Shown here: positions 38,538-48,078 of the stretch, one piece after another
How positions within the stretch are numbered: the first letter of the stretch is position 1
How the letters are laid out: the number at the start of each line of letters is the position of its first letter
Assembly (NCBI GenBank): GCA_010909165.1
Contig: MU008207.1
Coordinates: forward strand, 124,001 to 188,000
Length of the DNA: 64,000 nucleotides
Reading direction: 5' to 3'
Source: Anthoceros angustus
Taxonomy: Eukaryota; Plantae; Anthocerotophyta
Made by a program: the position numbers and the translations under genes
Notes under the pieces: generated by a model
Told to the model about the DNA's origin: nothing
What the model saw: only the letters and a program-made list of their open reading frames with translations
Databases searched by the model: none

Positions 38538-41500
38538 ATGAGAGCAATGCACAGCAACAGCAGCAGCGGCAGCATGGAATCTGGCGCAGACATAGACTTG
38601 GTGTCAGCATGCGCAGGCTATGCAGCGCAGTTGATCGACCAGGAGGAGGCACGGCTGGAGGTGCGGACCCGGTGCTCGCAGAGGCTGCGGCGGGAGCCGG
38701 AGCAGGCGCAGGCCAAGGAGCAGGAGGCGGACGCGAATGTGCTGGCCAATGTGGAATGGGCCGCGGACAGGCTGGAGGCGGCTCTGCACTTGGGCAACAC
38801 GCTGAGCAGCAGGGCCGCGCGGCTGGAGCATTGCCACAAGCTCCTCAAGGGAGCTGCCAGCGCGGGCATTCGCTACCTGGCGGCCTGGTCGCACCTTTAC
38901 CTGGCTCTGCTCTGCAAGCTGCGAGCGCGGGATCGCGCGGCCGCGGCTCACCTGCTGGACATGTTTGTGCTGGACCCTAGGCACGCGCGGCTGGATTTCG
39001 GCCCGGATCTCTGGGACCTGCTCTTTCTCCCGCACCTGTCCAACGTTCACGCCTGGTACAAGGCGGAGTGCGCCAAGCTTGCCGCGCACAGCGCCAGGAA
39101 AGAGCTCCTCGACAAGCTGTACCAGGAGACCTTGGATGACAACACTCGCCAGTATGCGCAGTACTACAGGGATCGGTTGAAGGAAGATCGGGACTACAGC
39201 CGCTCCACCTCCGATTCCTCTCTCACTCGCTCGCCGCCCGCTGCCGTCGATGCTGCCGCCGGGGGCTGGAAGGTGTCCACTAACAGCGTGTAAGTGTGGA
39301 CGCGTCTGCACATTCCGCGCGCCGTGCGGTTTGTCGGAACGCTCACGCTGCTGTTTGATTGCAGGTTTAACACTTCCATATCCTTCCAGGACGAAGACAG
39401 AGACGCCTCCCGAGAAGACGCCGCGAGAGATCTCTCCTCCTCGCTTGACATGTCCTTCAAAGAGGTGGGATAGGTGCGGCGTGCAACTGGCTTCTTCCTG
39501 CAGCTGTTGGGCTACTGGAGCTTGCGGCTTGACGGGCTTTTTCAATGTGATATGCAGCCTGAGGCGGAGGACAGCACCAGTCATGAGTCGGATAAGGGCC
39601 TTGTGGTTCATCCCGGCGGTGAGCAGGCACAGCGAATGACTTGGGACTATCCGGTTGATGGACGCCCTGGGGGCGGCTTTGAATCGCCTTCCACGTTTGA
39701 GTCTATTTCGGACAAGAGGATTGCATCAGCAGGTCTCGCATCTGGGAGGCTTGCTAAGTGGTCTGCTGCAGCTCGGGCACCTCGAGAACGGGAAGTGCTC
39801 CCGCAGCTAAGTTCTTCGGAGTCCAGTGATTACAGTGAGCTGGAGGTACTTTCTTCTTCGATTATCACAAGTCTAGCGTCTTCGCTCTGTTCAATGCCTC
39901 TGGGACGTGTTTTGCGGCAGAGTTTAATAGAAGCTTTACTGGAATGGACAGGCTAGACGTCACCGTTTCGTAGAGGGGCGTGGAAGACACGGTCAGGATG
40001 AGGTCCAGTCCCTATCAACCGGCCTGTCGAATCTCAGGTCTGTTGAGCAGGCGTCGCTGTTGGACTTTGTCATAACGTTAGCAGGAGCTGATGGCTCCTC
40101 TTCCTCTGGATGATGCAGCACAGAACCGGCTGAAAGAAAGTCAGTCCGCACCCACCACCCCCACCTGCAACAGCAGCATCAACAGCAGCAGCGAAGGCCC
40201 TCCTCAGAGTTGGGCCATATCAAACCGCCTAAGCATTTTGTTTGCCCTATAACACACGAGCTTTTTGACAACCCGGTGACGCTGGAGACGGGGCAGACTT
40301 ATGAGCGATTCGCAATACAGGACTGGCTTGATCAAGGCAACAAAACTTGCCCCCTCACTCAGCAGACACTGACCAACCTCAGTCTGCCTCAAACCAACTC
40401 CGTGCTCAAGGGGCTAGTGGATGCTTGGAAAGAGCAGAATCCTGAAGTTGTTCTGGAAGACCTACCGAGAGATCCTTCCATCGAAGACTGGAATGTGACC
40501 ACTTTTCCTGATCGGAATGGGGTAATCGACCGTGGTCAGGTGCCACAGACTCGAGCCCGGTTGGAAGCGGATGCCCATCCACCTTACTCAAACATGGATA
40601 CCCTACTCACTGATCTGCAGGATGCTGTCTCCTCACTGTGCTCATTGGATGCTGAATTGTCCGAGCTGGAAGACGCTTCGCTAAGGCTTGCCCGTGTCTG
40701 GGTACGCTCTGAAGGTGACGAGGAAGTGGAAGTATCGCTGTTGAACGTGGCTTTGGTGGAGAGATTGATGCACTTGTTGTCAGTGTCAAGTTCAGACATT
40801 GTTTTGCGGACCACTGTGTGCTTGCTCTGTGAGCTACTGGAGCGGAATGACTTCATCCACAAAACGATAGTCGAATGGGATCCACATTTGAAGGTCCTGA
40901 TGCACGTCGTTACCCTAGGTTCTGTCCCGCAGGTGGCAGTTTTGCTTTACTTGCTGAAGGAGTCACCTATGCAGCAAGAATATTTTAAGGGCCTGCCCTG
41001 TTTTGTTGATACCCTGAAAGATGACATTCTTCAGGAGGAAGGGGCTTTTGATGTTTGCTGGACTCCAAGAGCTGCAGCTGCATTTTTGATTGAGGAGATG
41101 GTAACGATGTTCGACCATTCTGTGAACATGGCAGTTGCTGTGCAACTTGTCAATCTTGGGGCTATTCCAGCTCTCATATCCAGTCTCCACTCAACTGTTA
41201 TGGAGGAGAAGATAAGTGCTGCAACGATCCTTCGAAGTTGTATACAAGCAGATGGAAGCTGTCGCAATGCTGTGGCTACTGGTTGCAAAACATCATCCAT
41301 CGTTGAGTTGCTACACTGTAACAAGGGGAAAGCCATGACGACGGCTATTTCTCTCCTGTTCGAGCTTATCCAGTTGGACAGGTGTGCATGCTGTTTGTGG
41401 CCGTGTCACCTCCTCCTCCTTGTGGGACAAGTTCATAATTGTAGCACTTGACATTGGAGCTTTTCATTTGTTACTAGGAGGTCGATTGTTACCAGGATGC

Positions 41501-44478
41501 TGTCCGAAGTTCAAAAGGAGGGCTACCTGAGCAGCTTGCATGTACTCTTAGTGCATCTTCAAGTTGCCCCAATAGAGGAACGTCCCCGATTGGCAGGCTT
41601 ACTACTGCAGATTGATCTTCTGGTACACTGGCACTGTCCACACCTTAGGATCTGCAAGTTTTTAGCCCTTCATGCAAGTCTGCTTTCAATGTTCTTCTGG
41701 ATGCTTGTCCTGTGGACTTTGTTCAATCGTGAAGAGCAGAATGGTGGTATCTGAACATCTTGCACTGAACTATGTCAGGTTGGGGTACGAAGAAATAGCA
41801 TGTTTAGAGAAGAGTCTTTAGAATCGCTCATTGAGGCTTTGAGCTGCAAAGACAATGAGGAAGCACAACTGCAGGCACTGAAGGTCTTATTATCTCTTGC
41901 GGGGCGATTTACAGAGAGTGGTGTATCTCTGACTGAGGATCGGGTGCTTTCAGAGGCAGGCTATGATGGGCTGTTGGGAAAAGGCCTTGGGGAAAAGCAT
42001 GGTAACCAGGTCCGTGCTGCAGTCTTTTCAAGATTCTGGTCTTTGCTAGGACAAGGTCTCCAAGTTACTTGTGCCATGGGAATCCTGAGATTGTGTTTTC
42101 TGGCAGCAGGATCATGAGGGAAAGGCAGCGACTGTCTGGGAAAAGAGGGTCGCAACAGTTCTTTTACAGGATGGGAAGCCGTTGTTTGAAGCACTAAGGA
42201 ATGCTCTCGCAAGTGATGTTGCGGAAGTGACAACAATGGCTGTGACTCTGGCTGCACACCTGAGTTCCGCTCTGAAAACTCTTCCTGACATAGGCATGCT
42301 GCCAGTTGCAGCTCAGCAACTGCTGCCAGACATGGTTAGCATTCTCACTTCCAACCGTGAGATGGAGGAAAGAGTGATGGCAGCCTACTGTTTGGAAAGC
42401 TATGTTGCCGATGCAGGTACTTTGCATGCTTTCTTTCTTTCCAAGCAAGTATCTATGAGTCCACTGGTTTAAACCGTTATCTTTGCTGGTGGCAGTGGCC
42501 AGGGATCAGTTCTTTGGGTTTTCAAAAGAGCTGTTTGGTCCTTTGCGCCGGCTGAAGCAGCTTACGTGGTGTGCGAAAGCTCTCTTGAGGACCCTGGCGA
42601 TTAGTCCTGTAGTTGCAGTAAGTCGACCATAGGTGTCTGGCAATTGAGGTTGCTGGGTTCCACTTAAATGCTGTATAATTTTTCTTCTGTTTGGTCTCTT
42701 TATCTGATTTGGCAACGCATTGGGTGGAACTGAAGGAATGCTCATGAACATGGGTGCGACTTTGCAGCATGCGGATATGTGGGCACATGGCGAGATTGGC
42801 ACTTTGGATTCTAGAATGAATGGGGAAATCCGGGCTCTAGTGTATGGTGGGGGATTCCTATACAGTGGCCATGCAGATGGTGCAATTAAGGTGCATCTTC
42901 CTCTTTCTAGCTGTGAGCTCTTGATGCCTTGCGTAGATCTGATCTCCTTTGACTGTGCAATTTAATTTGTTTAAACACGATTGAACACCGTAGCTTAGAC
43001 TCTTGTCGCTGGCTATGATCTGTTGGACGTCCCTGTATTGGATCTCTGAAAGCTTCATGTCTCCTGACATCCATGTCTTCGTTTTTACAAGGTTTGGGAC
43101 GTAACCAGCTCATTATGGGCGCTTGCTGAGGAGGTCAAGGAACATACAAGGGCGGTATCCTGTTTAGCTCTTCAGGAGGCGAATAATCTTCTCCTCAGTG
43201 GATCAGCTGACAAGGCCATTCGGGTAAAACTTTACCTGTACGTGTTTGGAAAGCTCATGCTCTTTCTTTCTGCAGACCCAAGACTTGAGGATAACGTTGT
43301 CAAACAGATATGGTCGCTGGCCCAAGAGAAACTGAAATGCATTCAAGTCGTCGAGCTGAAAGAATGTGTACAGTCTGTAGCCTTCAACGAGAAAATCACC
43401 TGTTTTATCACTCAGGGGATGGGTTTGAAGGTGCACTCACTATCCTTGGCTTCTGCTTCCTTGGAGATAAGCCAAGCTGCCGTTGTGTAGAGTTGAACTA
43501 TTTCTCATTTCGATTTGAAATTTGGGTGCAGATGCTGAAAGACAACTCGCCTGCTAAAACACTGTACGGCGGGAAACACGTCGAGAGTGTTTCAGTTGTG
43601 GGCGACAAGATTTATTGCGGTTGCGGTGACAATAGCATCCAGGTTTTTCACATGACCTGTTTGTTTGAGTTACATGGTTAATCCTAACTGGTTCTCTCGC
43701 TTTTATCTAATGAGGGCGAGGGGTGCTTCTGTTTTTGTAGGAGGTAGACGCCGCAAGCGGGCAGGTTGTGGCTCTGCAATCAGGGGTCCGGACTCTACTT
43801 GGCAAGAAACCAGTGTACGCTGTACATGTGTACAATGGTTTCCTTTACACAGCGGGCACGCCTGTTGATGGTGTGGCTGTCAAGGTACATGCCGAAAAGA
43901 AGGCTTTGGTGAAGTATCGAGTGCAAGAAAAAGGTGACTTATATTTTTAGCCTCGTTGCTGGAAAGACGACTGACGTTAGCGTCTTTGCTGCTGAAGGTA
44001 TGGAACTGCGAAGACAGAAGTTTGTCCGCAACCATTCCTGGCAACGCGGATGTCCGTGCCATTGCTGTGAATGAAGAGTTTGTGTACTTGGGGTGCAGTT
44101 CCGTCTCGGGAAGCATTGAGGTGTGTGTCGTGGAAGCAAAGTATACGCTTTTAAGGATACAATGTGCTTGAGTTTCTTGCTGTGAATTGCAAGCTGGAAG
44201 GGATGGGAAGAGTCGAAGGTTTCTGATGAAACTCCTGACTACACGCAGGTGTGGTTGCGAGAAAAACTTGTGAAGGTGGCAACTTTGAGCTTGAGCAGTA
44301 GATTGACAGCGCTGGCCGTGGATGGCGACAGCCTATACAGTGCGCATGCGGACGGGCAGATTCGGGTTGGCGTGCTTGTCTCTTCGCTGTCATGCTCGTC
44401 TCCATTCAGTTCGTGGAGCCATGCGACGTATTGCTGACCGCTGGTGCCAAACGTTCGCAGGTGTGGGCTGTCCTGTGA
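38538..44478 (+). CDS. LIN: LIN/CERBERUS-like U-box/ARM/WD40 E3 ubiquitin ligase, multi-exon
   Basis: LIN-type N-terminal domain (YLAAWSHLYLALLCKL...LDMFVLDPRHARLDFGPDLWDLLFLPHL) and U-box (KPPKHFVCPITHELFDNPVTLETGQTYER..IQDWLDQGNKTCP). ARM-like region, then WD40 exons (LYSGHADGAIK-VWD, LLSGSADKAIR-IWS). Last exon VWAVL* at 44461-44478. Confidence 0.88.
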
Positions 44479-44697
44479 AGATGAATAGGGTGGAGAAGGA
44501 GCACGAAAGCGGCATTGCAATGGGACAGTTGGTTGGAGTGGGTGGACAAGTATTCATATTGTAAATTGTACAGTATAGATTACAAAAGCAATCTCGTGCA
44601 ACAATTTGTCGCAAGAGCGTGCGTTCGTGCTCTCATCTGACAGGAGCACGAGGTGTGCTTTCGATTCCCAGACTTGTGGTGTGAAGCTAGCAGACAC

Positions 44698-45862
44698 CTA
44701 AATAACATAGTCAGACCAGGAAGTGTGGTCCATGGTCTCACTGGGAGGCTCCTTAGCTTTTGTTGCGGTGCCGTGCTTCCCGCCTCCGACAACGCGCGCC
44801 GGATTGCCTACTGCAGTGGTGTGAGGAGGAACATCAATGAGCACCACAGAGCCAGCCCCGATCTTAGCACACTCCCCAACCCGAATGTTCCCTAAAATGG
44901 TAGCTCCGGCGCCGATGAGGACACCATCCGCAATTTTAGGGTGCCGATCCTCGTGTAGCACCTGTGCCTCCCAACGTGACATGGTGAAGAATGGAGACGT
45001 TATTGCCGATGGTGGCCGTCTCTCCCACCACCACGCCCGTCGCGTGGTCGAACAGGACGCCCTTGCCGATGGTAGCCGCCGGGTGGATGTCCACGTGAAA
45101 CACCTCCGACACCCGGCTTTGAATAGCCAGAGCCAGCGACACCCTTCCCTGGTTCCACAGCCGGTGCGACACCCGGTGCGACTGGCACGCCAAGAACCCC
45201 TTGAAATTCAGCATTGCGTGCGCGTAGGAGATGCAGGCCGGATCCCTCTCCCGCACCGCTCTCAGATCTGCACGAACCGCGTCGCGAATCCCGCTGTCCT
45301 CCGAGAAAGTGTCCAGAATGAGGCTGAAGAGCTGCGTGCTCAGCAGCGTAGAGCTGGCCAGCTTGTTCCCTAGATGGAACGCCAAAGCTCGCTCCAAAGA
45401 ACGATGCGCCAGCACCGTGGAGTAGTAGTAGCTCACCAGCGCGGGCTCTACCTCCGACTCTGCGTGCGCCTCGCGCCGCAGTTCCAGCCAGAGCTCGTCC
45501 GCCTCCAGCCTGAGGTCCAGCGCGCCGCTGCTGGCCTCCTGCTGTTGCTGGAACAGCAGATGCAAGCTCGCCGTGGTGCTGCCGCTGCTGGTAGGGCTGC
45601 TGCTGCTGCCGCTATCCCGCTCCTCCATGAGAATGGCGCTGATGCGCCTCGCCTTCTTGGCTTCCCGCTTCAACCTCGTGGTGGAGGCGAGCCAGGGGAA
45701 GGGCACCGTGTTCTTAACGCCGCCGCCTCCGCTACCGCTGCTGCTGCAGGCCGCATGGCCAGCGGTAGCCAGAAAGTGAGGCTCCTGCAGCGGCCGAGCG
45801 GTGTCCACAGTCATGGCCGCTGCTACTGCTGCCGCCGCTGCGCCTTGAATGAGGCTAGCCAT
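44698..45862 (-). CDS. SAT: Serine acetyltransferase with an Ala/Ser-rich N-terminal extension; one apparent frameshift at about 44950
   Basis: ORFs 44936-45862 and 44698-44982 join to a complete SAT (DRHPKIADGVLIGAGATILGN...WSDYVI) if the G-run in CGAGGATCGG is really four G. Confidence 0.9.
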
Positions 45863-46040
45863 GCTCGGGATTCTTAATCTGCTAGACTTTTGTTAAACTT
45901 TCTATTGTAGGATCAACATATCGGCAGTAGCAGTAGGGGTCATACATTTATATCTATAGCCTATGCCTTTGAAGGACGAAAACTTTACGCAAAGTTGAGC
46001 AGTCAGACGGCGGGGTTAGTCAGTCCGAATTTCGCACACC

Positions 46041-47625
46041 ATGCTGCGGATCGCGAAACCCAAGACCAAGCGAGGGGCTCGCGCTTTGGAGAAACGAGCT
46101 CCAAAGACCGTAAGCTTGCTAGCTCCTTGCGAGCCTCATGTTGTTGGATTCGTGAACTTAGATGAGGGTCTGGCATAATTGTGGTGTGTAAATCCGCAGG
46201 AGGAGAATGTGAAGAAGTTGATGCTTCTGCATGGTACCAAGGTTAGCAGCACAGTGAAGGCAGTGATTTCTGACCTGTATCATCTGAAGAGGAGCGATGG
46301 AAACGCCATTAAATTCTCCAAGGACAATGGCAACGTGCGGCCGTTTGAAGGAGGGGGTGAAGCCCCTCTCGAGCACATGTCTCACAAGTCCGACTGCAGC
46401 TTGTTTGTGGTAAGCTGGATTTGGGGGAACTGGTTGGTCATGTCGTGTCTCATGCCTATGCAGGTCCTGGATGATGTGCCTCCTTGTTCTCTCCGTTCAC
46501 CTACTCATCCTGTCTGTCTGCTTTCACTGCTGCAGTTTGGGTCTCACTCCAAGAAGCGGCCTGATAACCTAGTTCTGGGCCGGATGTTTGACCATCACTT
46601 GTACGACATGATTGAGCTAGGGGTTGAGGACTTCAAGTCTATTGATTCACTTGGTGGTGGCAGAAAAGCTGCTCCTCAAGAGGGGTCAAAACCTTGCTTC
46701 GTCTTTATTGGTCAAGCTTTTGAATCTCAGCCACAGTTCCGGCAGCTCAAAGAGATGCTTATCGATTTCTTCCGGGGTGAGGTACTGTTCTAATTGTTGC
46801 TGGTTGAGTTAGGTTATGCGTTAGGGCAATGAAGAGACTAGTATCACACGTTTCATTCGACCACCTGATCGTGACGGGTTTGTATTATCCGCCAGGTTGT
46901 GGAGGTCATCAATCTCAGTGGTCTGGATCGAGTGTTTGTCTGTGTAGCAACTGCTAACAAGGTATTCTTATGGGTCCTGACGCACCGGTGCTTAGTCCTG
47001 GGAGACTAACCTGTCCGGCAGTTTCTGATTACTATTTGGTGCGTTTGCCTGTCCGTTGTCGTTTGTGTGGCAGGTGCTTTTCAGACATTGTGCTATAATT
47101 CAGAAAAGCTCTAACTCTGAAGTTCCTCTCATGGAATTGATAGAAGTTGGTCCATCATTCAACATGACCCTTAGGCGGAATCGCCTAGCAAGTGATGACT
47201 TGAAGAAGGTGGCCATGAAGGCTGCTTCTAAGTCAGCCAAGAAGAAGGTAAATCGTCAGTTTGTGTTCATAGGTGGCAGAGATTTGGGACCAAGATGTAT
47301 GACCTTGAACTGCCATTTCCGATCTGTCCAGGTGAAGAACGTGAGTGCAGACCCGTTAGCTGGCAAGGTTGGCCGGATCTACATGCCAAAGCAGGAGGTA
47401 TGTTACATTGTGGACAGCTGTGTGCTTTTAAAGCTCGCCCATTAGGTTCGATCTGTTATGAATGATCACAATCTGTGTTTCCTGCAGGTGGATGGCATGG
47501 CCCTGGCAAAAATGAAGGGACTGAAAAGAGAGCGCAGGCAGGCTGCAGCCGTCAAGAATTTATCGGTGGCATCAGAGGACGTAACTATAGAGGGTGCTGC
47601 TACTAAGAAATCTCGAACTCAATAG
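46041..47625 (+). CDS. RPF2: Ribosome production factor 2 homolog (Brix domain), multi-exon
   Basis: [82 protein letters not shown], and GKVGRIYMPKQE. Confidence 0.93.
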
Positions 47626-48078
47626 TATCTCTATCCCTTCTACTGTGATGGTTTTGACCCTTCAAGAATTTTTGGAAAATTTGTGGCCAAGGTTGAGAGC
47701 ATCTAGATATTATCGTCAGTGAGATTACAATAGGACACTGCCGCGGCCACCTCAAGAATGTGAAACTACCTACCGCAGGGCTTTAGGATTTAGGAAGCTA
47801 CCCTTGAACTTTCAAGTCGGAGAAGCAGGAAGACGTCTCTAGTTCTTGCGTCTTGTGGCTCTCCTTCTGGCTGCGTGATCCAAATGAAATCAATAGCATC
47901 AACAGTACAGTTAGAATTCGTCTGTCAAATTCGTGCATGGGTCTGGATGTTGTGAAGGGATGCATGCTTCACCTCTAGCACATCTGCGATATTCCCAGTG
48001 CCAATTGAATATTGAACCGCCTTCCTTTTCATTGTCACATGGGGATTCCCCCCCGTCGTTTCCCTTGGATGTATGCCG

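Noticed and set aside
31685-39611. Long antisense ORFs (31685-32575, 32773-33738, 38604-39611; also 44837-45877)
   Set aside because: They are shadow frames of GC-rich SAT and LIN coding sequence, with no independent motifs.
44930-44960. SAT pseudogenisation or programmed frameshift
   Set aside because: The break is in a G homopolymer that reads GG here and GGG in the two duplicate copies, while four G restore RGDRHPK. Other G-runs nearby are also short. This pattern is typical of long-read homopolymer error.
47900-48078. Frameshifted continuation of a DYW domain after the WW-type PPR stop
   Set aside because: None of the three minus-strand frames shows HxE, CxxC or terminal CSC motifs.
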